NCBI GenBank assembly: GCA_047285305.1
Contig: JBJBDL010000003.1
Location: 704,001 to 768,000 of the forward strand
Length of the DNA stretch: 64,000 bases
Origin: Synechococcus sp.
GTDB taxonomy: Bacteria > Cyanobacteriota > Cyanobacteriia > PCC-6307 > Cyanobiaceae
Reading direction: 5' to 3'
Shown: positions 1-8,342 of the stretch, one piece after another
Position numbering within the stretch: position 1 is the first letter of the stretch
How the letters are laid out: every line of letters starts with the position of its first letter
Made by a program: the position numbers and the translations under genes
Notes under the pieces: generated by a model
The model's database searches: none
Told to the model about the DNA's origin: nothing
The model's input: the letters and a program-made list of their open reading frames with translations, nothing else

Positions 1-3
1 TCT

Positions 4-1575
4 ATGCGTTCTCTTCTTAAAAAGAATACTGTAAATGCACATATTTTTCTTATATCTTTATTGATATTTATCGTCTTTATTTCGATAATGTGGCCTGATA
101 CGCAGAGTTTAATTGCTCATGATGAGGGTCTTTATGCAAGGCGAGCAAAGTTAATATCTGACTCAGGAGATTGGTTCTCTCCATTTACATCGCCTCATCA
201 CAAAACAGTTGGTTCGTATTGGGCAATCGCTATAAGTCTGAAGATCTTTGGAATTAGTGATTGGGCTTCTAGATTGCCGAGTGTTGTAGCAGGATATATA
301 GCAACATTGTTTTTTTATTTTACTTCTCTGAGATACTTTAAGCCGCTTAATTCTTTGTTTGCTTCGTTATCATTAATTGCTATGCCTATTTATTTTCAGT
401 CGTTGCGTACAGCAGGACCTGATATGATTTTCATTGCGCTAATAATGGCGCAAATATATTTTTTAACCTCTGCTAAAGACGCATCGCGTAGAATTTTTTG
501 CTTGAAAATACTTTGCTTTGGTGCGTGCGTCACAATGTCCCTTTTTGTGCGAAGTTTGGCCGCATTAATACCACTTATATCGTTATTTCCGCTAATTTTG
601 GCGCTACAATATTTGCGCAGTATCCAATTTTGGATTTGGGTAATAAGTGGTCTATTCCTAGGTTCAATACCATTAATATTTAACCTCTTATCGGTTTTTG
701 GAGATCATGGATACTCTGGTTTGCTCTCTCTTGTGTCGTTTGCGTCGAGAAAAGCTGATGTGACTGAATGGAATTTATTCTCTAGTCTTCCCTTCTACTT
801 CTCAAGGCTTGTATTATTTACTTTTCCTTCATTTGTCTTTCTTTTGTCACGCATGCAATCTTTTGGGAAAATAATATTTTCTGCCAAAGCTCCTGCATTG
901 CGATTTGAGCTCAATGCGTTGACAATATTATTCCCATTAATCTATATGATCGTGCTGTCTTTTATGGGGACTAAGCATTATCATTATTTGCTGCCTCTTG
1001 TCCCCCTGCTTGCACTGAATATCGCGCGTATAGATTTAATATTTAAAAGAAGCATATTCAAGCTTGAGGCTATCTTTGCTGGTGTCATGCTTGTGCTTTA
1101 TATGTTGGGTGCATGCGCTCTTTATCTAAAACGTGATGATCTGGTTAATACCTCATTTTATACTGCATTTTTTGCCGTAATTCTTTCTTCTATTTTATGC
1201 TTTTATGCTTTTTATTCTAGAGTTTTTTCTAGGCGCAAGATTTCTCCTTTTGCTTCAATTTTCGCGTTTCTCATGGCGCAATATTTGACTATCTTTGCAT
1301 TATCGGCAAGCGGTATTATTTGGAGTACTAACAAGGAGCTCAAGGCATTGGCTAGCTCTCTGAATAGTGAGTGTAAGTCTGGTGTATATCTTTATGGGCT
1401 TCCTAGTAAAGACGAAACAGTCCTAAGATTTTACTTGGATAATTCTTATGTTTTGCAGTCTTTGGGCGGCTTTTCTGCTGCTCATGATAGGTGCTTTGTT
1501 TCTGTAGAATCTTCGAAGAAGCAGGTTTTGCGGGATTTATCTGGACATAAAATATCAAATTTTTATTTCAGGTAA
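4..1575 (+). CDS. GT-C superfamily (ArnT/PMT-like, family 39/83) membrane glycosyltransferase; AT-rich
   Basis: 523 aa multi-TM ORF; 'AHDEGLY' luminal DE motif, 'SDWASRLPS', 'KHYHYLLPLVP' motifs typical of ArnT-like proteins. Confidence 0.8.
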   Translation: MRSLLKKNTVNAHIFLISLLIFIVFISIMWPDTQSLIAHDEGLYARRAKLISDSGDWFSPFTSPHHKTVGSYWAIAISLKIFGISDWASRLPSVVAGYIATLFFYFTSLRYFKPLNSLFASLSLIAMPIYFQSLRTAGPDMIFIALIMAQIYFLTSAKDASRRIFCLKILCFGACVTMSLFVRSLAALIPLISLFPLILALQYLRSIQFWIWVISGLFLGSIPLIFNLLSVFGDHGYSGLLSLVSFASRKADVTEWNLFSSLPFYFSRLVLFTFPSFVFLLSRMQSFGKIIFSAKAPALRFELNALTILFPLIYMIVLSFMGTKHYHYLLPLVPLLALNIARIDLIFKRSIFKLEAIFAGVMLVLYMLGACALYLKRDDLVNTSFYTAFFAVILSSILCFYAFYSRVFSRRKISPFASIFAFLMAQYLTIFALSASGIIWSTNKELKALASSLNSECKSGVYLYGLPSKDETVLRFYLDNSYVLQSLGGFSAAHDRCFVSVESSKKQVLRDLSGHKISNFYFR

Positions 1576-1606
1576 ATTATTGACTCGACGAGTTACCGCT
1601 AATTTC

Positions 1607-3136
1607 CTAGGGTATTAAGCTTTCTATGGGGATCAAATATGTCTTCTCGTTTGTGTCTATGGAGGACATATTATGCGCCTGAATCAAATCCTTAATTCTA
1701 TTAGATTCGGCTTCTTGCATCGGCGTATAAGTGTTATGCCAGCTCAGGCTGCCTGTTAAGTAGCTGGCTCCATCGTCTTTGAGCTTTTTGAGTTGATCCA
1801 GTGTTAATTCCTTGCTTGGGATAATCCATCCCTGTCTTCGTGCAAGGTTTAACAGCGTTGGGTCTGAATCAGTGACACTCACAACTCGGGCATGGGCTGG
1901 AATTTCTCTTCGAATACTTTCTGCAAGTGGCATCCAGATGCTGCGTTGTCGTGTTTCTACTGCCCAGTAGTCAATTGAGAGGATTAAAAGGCTGGCGATT
2001 AATGTGATGCTGAGCAACATTTGAATCTGCCAGCGTCGTTGTTTGTATTCTAAGGTTTGCCATCCCAGTCCTATAAGCGGTGAGCTGAATAGTAAAAAGG
2101 GAAATTGGTAATACTCATGCACGGTGCTTGATCTCATCGTCGCAACGGTGCAAATCAGCATCCCGATTGCTCCTCCAAGTGCGATGCGCCCTCCGCCAAA
2201 TCTCCAGCTCCTCATGGTGCCGATCATTAGTAGGGGGACTCCTGTTACGACAAGCGCGCGTAGACCAGTTCGGATTGAAAGGTTCACCCAGCTTGAGAGA
2301 TTTAGTGCTAGTCCGATGTTGCTGCGATCGCTGTCCTCTCCCCAGAATCCAAACGTCAAACCGCTTGCTTCACCTAGCTGGTAGGCATGCACGTACCAGG
2401 CTGACGTAACCGCCAGAGCCGTTGATGCATACACCCAGAACCAGGGATTCAGAGTCAAGCGTAAGAGCCGTCGCAGGATCTGCTCAGGAGATTCCGCATT
2501 CGCGCGAGGCGAAGGTGTGAGCTGCACGAGCAGTAGAGGCAGGCCTAGCCAGAGCAAGGGAATCACTTTGATTAGTGCCGCTGCGGTAAAGCAAATCCAG
2601 CTCAGGCTCAGTGCCCACGCTTTTCGTCGTTCAACAAAGATGCTGTGGGCTTCTAGTGATCCCGCGGCACACAACACCAATAAGGCTTCTGCTTGAAAGG
2701 TCCTTCCGTAGTAGACCCCCAAGGGTGCGAGGGCGAAGGCTAGGCCCGCCCACCAACCGACCTGGGGGGTGAACCAACGCCGGCCCAGGCGCATCACCAG
2801 CCAGATGGTCAGTGCGCTGCAGAGCACTGACAGCCCGCGGCCCAGCCATTCCTGTACGCCCATCAGGTTGTACAGGCGGCTCACCAGAAAGGGGTAGATG
2901 GGAAATTCCGATTCCACAAAGCCGGCACTTGCACCGCTCCAATCGATCTGAGGCAGCCAGATCGGTGTGCCTGCCTGGCTGAAATGCCTTGCCATGGCTG
3001 CAGTGTCGGCTTGCCGCCAGCTGTGAATGCCGACCACGGGCATCCAGATCTGCACCAGCCGCAGAAGGCTTCCCAGGCCGATGGGCAGCCAGGTCGGCTT
3101 AAGGGCTGTTCCAGACAAATCGGGATGAGGCCGCAT
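1607..3136 (-). CDS. GT-C (ArnT/PMT-like) membrane glycosyltransferase
   Basis: 'HSWRQADTAAMARHF', 'VESEFPIYP', 'VHEYYQFP' motifs; many TM helices; start placed at ATG 3136 (ORF open to 3187). Confidence 0.8.
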   Translation of the reverse strand: MRPHPDLSGTALKPTWLPIGLGSLLRLVQIWMPVVGIHSWRQADTAAMARHFSQAGTPIWLPQIDWSGASAGFVESEFPIYPFLVSRLYNLMGVQEWLGRGLSVLCSALTIWLVMRLGRRWFTPQVGWWAGLAFALAPLGVYYGRTFQAEALLVLCAAGSLEAHSIFVERRKAWALSLSWICFTAAALIKVIPLLWLGLPLLLVQLTPSPRANAESPEQILRRLLRLTLNPWFWVYASTALAVTSAWYVHAYQLGEASGLTFGFWGEDSDRSNIGLALNLSSWVNLSIRTGLRALVVTGVPLLMIGTMRSWRFGGGRIALGGAIGMLICTVATMRSSTVHEYYQFPFLLFSSPLIGLGWQTLEYKQRRWQIQMLLSITLIASLLILSIDYWAVETRQRSIWMPLAESIRREIPAHARVVSVTDSDPTLLNLARRQGWIIPSKELTLDQLKKLKDDGASYLTGSLSWHNTYTPMQEAESNRIKDLIQAHNMSSIDTNEKTYLIPIESLIP

Positions 3137-4229
3137 AGTTCCAGACGTATACGACAACAATGCCCGCCAGTTGGGCCCAGAGCGCATGGGCCTGAATCAG
3201 GGTGTAAAAACTGGTCGCAAGCCCGACGTTGGCAAGCGCCGGTAGGGAGGCCACCAGGAGGAATTTGAGCAGCCCCCGGATCAGTTGCCGGCCGCTCTGG
3301 CGTCGGTCGCGGAAGGTGAGGGCATTGTTCACCAGATAGTTCGAGCTTGCGGCGGTGATCACTGCCACAGGAAGCGCCTGCTGAAACGCCAGATTCAACA
3401 GGCCCATCAGCAGTGCTGTCGATAGCAGCTGCACGACTACGCCTGAGGCGCCCACAAGCCCGAAGCTGATGGCCCGACGCGGCAGCAGTCGCAGGGTTGA
3501 TGTGTGAATCAGGGACACGACGAAGTCCCAGAGGACGGCGAGATCGAGCTTGGAGCTGCCATGCAGCCGCGGCTGAAAGCGCAGCGGGATTTCTCCTACC
3601 TGCAGGCGGCCGCGACTGATGGCCAGGAGTTCGTAGAAAAATTTGAAGCCGTTCACGTCCACTTGACGCACCAGCGGCAGGCAGCGGTCGAGGCGCAGCA
3701 CCATGAAGCCGCTCATGCAGTCGCTCAGGTGCTGGTATGACCTTGGAAGACTCCAACGGGCCAGACGATTGGCGAGGGTAGAGCCATCGGTGCGTCGTTC
3801 ACTGAGTCCTCGGATTTCTGAGTGGTCGAGGAAGCGGCTCCCCGCCACAAGGTCCAGTCCTTTTCGATCCAGCAGCTGCACGGCCTCGCCAACGGATGTG
3901 GGTTCGTGCTGTCCATCGCTGTCCATGACCACGGCGATGGGATGGAGAGCTGCGATCAGGCCTTCCTTAATGGCGCTTGCCAGTCCGGAGCGTCCCACAC
4001 GTTGGATGATCCGAATCCTTGGATCTCTGCGGGCCAGGGAGCGAACTAGGTCAGGGGTGCCATCCCTGGAATCGTCGTCGACGACCAAGATTTCAAAAGG
4101 ACGATCCGTCCCTAGCCGAAGCAGGGATTCGATCACCTGGCGAATGGACCCGCCTTCGTTGAAGGTGGGCAACACAATCGACAGGCCGCTATGGCTTGTC
4201 GGTCCTTCACGTTCCGCAGTGGACGACAC
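3099..4229 (-). CDS. Polyprenol-phosphate glycosyltransferase (GT2, DPM1/GtrB-like) fused to C-terminal GtrA-type flippase domain
   Basis: 'SIVLPTFNE', 'VVDDDSRDGT', 'VMDSDGQH', 'GSSKL' GT2 motifs; C-terminal 4-TM 'FGLVGASG...NYLVNNALTFRD...WNY...RFVW' GtrA pattern. Confidence 0.9.
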   Translation of the reverse strand: MSSTAEREGPTSHSGLSIVLPTFNEGGSIRQVIESLLRLGTDRPFEILVVDDDSRDGTPDLVRSLARRDPRIRIIQRVGRSGLASAIKEGLIAALHPIAVVMDSDGQHEPTSVGEAVQLLDRKGLDLVAGSRFLDHSEIRGLSERRTDGSTLANRLARWSLPRSYQHLSDCMSGFMVLRLDRCLPLVRQVDVNGFKFFYELLAISRGRLQVGEIPLRFQPRLHGSSKLDLAVLWDFVVSLIHTSTLRLLPRRAISFGLVGASGVVVQLLSTALLMGLLNLAFQQALPVAVITAASSNYLVNNALTFRDRRQSGRQLIRGLLKFLLVASLPALANVGLATSFYTLIQAHALWAQLAGIVVVYVWNYAASSRFVWNSP

Positions 4230-4252
4230 ATTGCGCTCCAGTCGGGCTCAGG

Positions 4253-5860
4253 CTACCGACAGTTGCCAAGCGTCCATCGCCCCGCTCGGCCTTCAATGAC
4301 GCAGTCTTCCTGGGGTTTGTCGCTGAGCCGGTGACCTGGGCCCCACTGGAAACGCTGAATGCGTTGTTCGGCATACCAGTTGAGGCTGGGACGTTCGTCG
4401 TAGCCCTTCAGCCTGATCTCATGTACAGCGTTGGCTCTCGCCAAGGCTGCTGCCGGTTGCACGGGCCAGGTTTCGTTGAGTTCCCACAACCACAGTGGGG
4501 ATTGAAACAACAGGGCCAGTGCTGCCACATTGCCGCAGCTGAGGCTGATTACCCCGAGGCGTCGTCTCTGTGGTGCGTCAGAGCGCAGCCACCATCCGCC
4601 ACCCCACCAGCCAAGGCCCAGCACACTCGCCAGGCTGCGGTAAGGCGCCAGGCTGCTGCCGATGTCGCTGAAGCTGCTTAGTACCAGCAGCAGGAGCAGC
4701 AGCCCGAGCCCGCACCAGAACATAGGAAGTTGTAAGAGCAGCCAGCGCCAGGGGGGCTTTGGGTTGCCAGGTGAATTCGACGGAGAAGGTGGGCGGTCCA
4801 CCAGCCAGGCCAGCAGCGGAGCAGAAAGCAGGGCGAGCGGCAGCCAGAGTGGGTGGCTGTACCAGGGGAGCTGGGTGCGCAGCGGAAGAATGGCCCCGGC
4901 CAGGGTCAGCAGGCAGGCTAGAGACCATCGCCCCCAGCGGCTCTGACGGCATCGCCAGGCCCAGATCAGGGCGAAGGGCAGCAGCGGCAGCCAGGGCCAC
5001 CCCCCCTCCAGTACTTCGATCATCGGGACGCGCCAGCCCAAATCACTGCCTTCGCCGGCATCCAGAAGAACTCGACCGGCGCCATCTCCGCCCCACAGCC
5101 AGAGAGCTTGGTTTCCGCGGATGTGGGCATGCCAGAGATGCCAGCCGACCCCTGGCGCCAGCCCCAGCAGCATCCCGCCAAATGCTGCTGCTTGGTTGTT
5201 CCAGGTTTTCCATTCCCGGCCCCAGGCCAGTGCCAAGCCTCCAGCTGCCACCGCGGGCACCAGCAGCGGGGCCTTGAGCAGCAGCATGGCGCTGGCCATC
5301 AGGCCGGCGACGGCCCCCCAGAGTGCGCTGTATCGGCTGGAGTTGAGCTTCAATAGGGCCAGCCAAAGCAGAGCCATGGCCGACAGCTGGGTGCCATCCA
5401 GCATGGCCAGACGTCCGTGCCTGGCCACAGGCAACAGGGTCAGCAGAATTATGCTGGTGGCGAGGGAGCTGGAGCGATCTCCCGGCCGCAGTGTCCATTG
5501 CAGCCAGCCCCCAAGGGGCACCACCAGGCATGACAGCAAGGCCGGTGCCAGACGGATCGTCCACTCTGAAGGGAGCTGGTCGGGTTGGGTTGTTGTTCTG
5601 ATCAGGAGGGCGATCAGGCTGTGCAGACCTGGTGCCTTGTTGAGGTAGGGCTTGTCCCAGAGGGTGGGCAGCAACGGGGCTTCTCCCAGCCCGTGGCGAA
5701 GTTCGAGGGCCACCCGGGCCACGGTGGCTTCATCGAAGTCACGCAAGGGGAGATCGCCAAGGCCGATCAGGGCCAGCACAGCAGCTGCCAAGCCGAGTGT
5801 CGTCAATGCGATCCAGGGTGCTGCGTCAGGAGCTGAGCCGGAGCGCATGGGGCCCCTCAT
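4253..5860 (-). CDS. GT-C (ArnT-like) membrane glycosyltransferase
   Basis: 'LRDFDEATVARVA', 'PYLNKAPG', 'GRLAMLDG', 'TQLPWYSHP' motifs. Confidence 0.85.
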   Translation of the reverse strand: MRGPMRSGSAPDAAPWIALTTLGLAAAVLALIGLGDLPLRDFDEATVARVALELRHGLGEAPLLPTLWDKPYLNKAPGLHSLIALLIRTTTQPDQLPSEWTIRLAPALLSCLVVPLGGWLQWTLRPGDRSSSLATSIILLTLLPVARHGRLAMLDGTQLSAMALLWLALLKLNSSRYSALWGAVAGLMASAMLLLKAPLLVPAVAAGGLALAWGREWKTWNNQAAAFGGMLLGLAPGVGWHLWHAHIRGNQALWLWGGDGAGRVLLDAGEGSDLGWRVPMIEVLEGGWPWLPLLPFALIWAWRCRQSRWGRWSLACLLTLAGAILPLRTQLPWYSHPLWLPLALLSAPLLAWLVDRPPSPSNSPGNPKPPWRWLLLQLPMFWCGLGLLLLLLVLSSFSDIGSSLAPYRSLASVLGLGWWGGGWWLRSDAPQRRRLGVISLSCGNVAALALLFQSPLWLWELNETWPVQPAAALARANAVHEIRLKGYDERPSLNWYAEQRIQRFQWGPGHRLSDKPQEDCVIEGRAGRWTLGNCR

Positions 5861-5890
5861 CACATCAAAAACTGAGTATGGTCCTGATGT

Positions 5891-6100
5891 TCAGAATGCA
5901 GCGGCGTGGAGGGGTGAATTCTTCCTTCGGGAGGTGTGCACAACTTCGAAGGCGTTGCCGGCATTCACAATCCTTCAGGAGGAGGTGTCCATGATTTCCA
6001 GTTGTTTGATCCAGGGTCTGCTGATCGCGGAGAACGCCGGCTGAACGGCGCCTTCTGACTGATCATCCGGTTCCGCGGCAAAAGCGGGCCCGGCGAGAGC
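5891..6100 (-). pseudogene. Possible remnant of a small secreted protein gene
   Basis: Start-less frame ALAGPAFAAEPDDQ...KQLEIMDTSS* (signal-peptide-like AxA end), in-frame stop at 5975-5977, then RIVNAGNAFEVVHTSRRKN...*. Confidence 0.25.
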
Positions 6101-6126
6101 CCCCGTCCGGGTTTCCGGGCGGGGGC
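6099..6126. other. GC-rich 12-bp hairpin upstream of porin 1 promoter
   Basis: GCCCCCGTCCGG-GTTT-CCGGGCGGGGGC (one G-U pair); no adjacent U tract. Confidence 0.5.
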
Positions 6127-6158
6127 ATCGTTTTGGCGGCACCTCTCCTCTTTAAACG

Positions 6159-6172
6159 GTATTTACCGATAC
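6159..6172. promoter_or_regulatory. NtcA-type box upstream of porin 1
   Basis: GTAtttaccgaTAC = exact GTA-N8-TAC, ending 104 nt before ATG 6276. Confidence 0.5.
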
Positions 6173-6259
6173 ATGTCGATGTAAGTACCGGCACAAGCAG
6201 AGCTTGTTTATGAATGGTCGGCCCTCAAAATCCGGATTGGCGCTATTGCGCCTATTTCC

Positions 6260-6270
6260 TGTGTGAGGAA
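6260..6270 (+). promoter_or_regulatory. Yfr1-type sRNA target site in porin 1 leader
   Basis: TGTGTGAGGAA ending 6 nt before ATG; complement of the Yfr1-type UCCUCACAC seed. Confidence 0.65.
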
Positions 6271-6275
6271 CCCAA

Positions 6276-6712
6276 ATGAAGCTTTTCCAGCAACTGCTGG
6301 TGGCTCCTGCCGCCCTTGGCCTGATGGCCGCTGGCGCTAATGCTGCCGAGCTGAACATCAACGGCGTTTCTGATTACGCGGCTTCCGCTGATCAGGTCAC
6401 CAGCGTCACCCAATTCTCCGACGTCTACCCCACCGACTGGGCTTATCAGGCTCTGGCTGGTTTGGTTGAGACCTACGGCTGCGTTGCCGGTTACCCCAAC
6501 GGCACCTTCCGTGGCAACCGTGCCATGACCCGCTTCGAAGCGGCTGCCCTGCTCAACGCTTGCCTCGACCGCGTCACCGAAGTGACCGACGAGCTGCGTC
6601 GCCTGATGGCTGAGTTCGAAACCGAGCTGGCCATCCTCAAGGGTCGTGTTGACGGCCTCGAGGCCCGCGTTGGCGAACTGGAAGCAACCCAGTTCTCCAC
6701 CACCACCAAGCT
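6276..6712 (+). repeat. Direct repeat copy 1 (porin 5' constant region; copy 2 at 7906-8342)
   Basis: 437 nt with 4 mismatches to copy 2 (6548, 6647, 6682, 6701); first 272 nt identical. Confidence 0.95.
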
Positions 6713-7694
6713 GAAGGGTTACACCGCCTGGGTGCTGGGTGCCCTCGATGGTATCGATGGCAAAGAAGCCACTACCCTCAACTACGACCTCCGTCTGAAG
6801 CTGGCTACCTCCTTCACCGGTAAGGATCAGCTGACCACCGTTCTGCGGTCTGGCAACTTCGACGATTCCAACTTCAGCTCTGGTCTGACTTTCGTCGAGA
6901 CCGCTATGACGAGCAAGAACAACGTCAAGGTTGGCCGTTTGTTCTACACCTTCCCCGTTGGTGACTCCCTGAGCGTCACCACAGGTCCCATCGTTCGCTC
7001 GGACGATGCCTCCATGTACGCCGGCTATGCCACGTACTACCCCTCTGACCTGCTGCTGGACTTCTTCACCTACGGCGGTGCACCTACCACCAACAACCTG
7101 GGCTTCACTGGCTCCGGTGTCGGTGCTGTGTACACCTTGGGCAATGGCTTCAAGGTGAGCGGCAACTACGTTGCTAAGACTGGCGCTGATTCCAGCACCG
7201 GCATTGGCACTGACGAATCTGCCTCTACCTCTTCTTGGCAGCTGTTCTACGAAGGTGAAGCCTTCGATGGCAACCTGCTTGCTCAGGTTGGCTATGCCTA
7301 TGAGCAAGGCGTTGGTCTCGCCATTGGTAACTCTTCTACGGCTGACCGCGAGGGCTACAGCGTTGCTGCAGCTTGGAAGCCTGCTGATTCAGGCATCATG
7401 CCTTCCATCAGCACCGGTTATGCCACAGCAGATGAAGAGGGCGTAAGCGACGACATCGATTCCTGGTATGTCGGTCTCGAGTGGAGCGATGTGTTCGTTG
7501 AGGGCAACTCCTTCGGTGGCGCAATCGGTTCTGCCCCTGCATACGAAGATGGTGTCGATAACACCATGTGGGAAGTCTTCTACAGCTTTGCTGTGAGCGA
7601 CAACATCACTGTTACCCCTGCAATCTTCGGCATCGACGAGGATGGCAAGGAAGATGTGTTTGGCGGCATCATGAAGACCACCTTCACCTTCTGA
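6276..7694 (+). CDS. som: Cyanobacterial outer-membrane porin 1 (signal peptide + SLH + coiled coil + OprB-like barrel)
   Basis: '[14 protein letters not shown]...[27 protein letters not shown]' SLH; '[10 protein letters not shown]'; C-terminal 'KTTFTF'; strong codon bias. Confidence 0.95.
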   Translation: MKLFQQLLVAPAALGLMAAGANAAELNINGVSDYAASADQVTSVTQFSDVYPTDWAYQALAGLVETYGCVAGYPNGTFRGNRAMTRFEAAALLNACLDRVTEVTDELRRLMAEFETELAILKGRVDGLEARVGELEATQFSTTTKLKGYTAWVLGALDGIDGKEATTLNYDLRLKLATSFTGKDQLTTVLRSGNFDDSNFSSGLTFVETAMTSKNNVKVGRLFYTFPVGDSLSVTTGPIVRSDDASMYAGYATYYPSDLLLDFFTYGGAPTTNNLGFTGSGVGAVYTLGNGFKVSGNYVAKTGADSSTGIGTDESASTSSWQLFYEGEAFDGNLLAQVGYAYEQGVGLAIGNSSTADREGYSVAAAWKPADSGIMPSISTGYATADEEGVSDDIDSWYVGLEWSDVFVEGNSFGGAIGSAPAYEDGVDNTMWEVFYSFAVSDNITVTPAIFGIDEDGKEDVFGGIMKTTFTF

Positions 7695-7732
7695 TCAAAA
7701 GATTGAGTCCTAGGGCTCTTCTTCAGATCTTT

Positions 7733-7764
7733 AGCCCTCCACCTTTGGTGGGGGGCTTTTTTTT
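7733..7764 (+). terminator. Rho-independent terminator of porin 1
   Basis: AGCCCTCCACC-TTT-GGTGGGGGGCT followed by a T run. Confidence 0.9.
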
Positions 7765-7786
7765 GGCGTCACAAAGCAATTGGATG

Positions 7787-7829
7787 GTCTTAATCGATAC
7801 ATAAACAACCCTTGATTTGCCTTTAGCGA
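7787..7829 (+). promoter_or_regulatory. Pho-box-like tandem 11-bp repeats, overlapping a degenerate NtcA box, upstream of porin 2
   Basis: CTTAATCG(7789)/CATAAACA(7800)/CTTGATTT(7811)/TTTAGCGA(7822) at exact 11-bp period vs YTTAAYYW; GTC-N8-TAC at 7787-7800. Confidence 0.4.
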
Positions 7830-7905
7830 CGGAGTGAAGCCGCGCCAATACTGTGATGCAGCTGGCATGTCTTGCCGGCACTTTTCTCTTGGTGTGAGAA
7901 CCCAA

Positions 7906-8342
7906 ATGAAGCTTTTCCAGCAACTGCTGGTGGCTCCTGCCGCCCTTGGCCTGATGGCCGCTGGCGCTAATGCTGCCGAGCTGAACATCAACGGCGTTTC
8001 TGATTACGCGGCTTCCGCTGATCAGGTCACCAGCGTCACCCAATTCTCCGACGTCTACCCCACCGACTGGGCTTATCAGGCTCTGGCTGGTTTGGTTGAG
8101 ACCTACGGCTGCGTTGCCGGTTACCCCAACGGCACCTTCCGTGGCAACCGTGCCATGACCCGCTTCGAAGCGGCTGCACTGCTCAACGCTTGCCTCGACC
8201 GCGTCACCGAAGTGACCGACGAGCTGCGTCGCCTGATGGCTGAGTTCGAAACCGAGCTGGCCATCCTCAAGGGTCGCGTTGACGGCCTCGAGGCCCGCGT
8301 TGGCGAACTGGCAGCAACCCAGTTCTCCACAACCACCAAGCT
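7906..8342 (+). repeat. Direct repeat copy 2 (porin 5' constant region)
   Basis: Offset 1630 nt from copy 1, about 99% identical. Confidence 0.95.
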
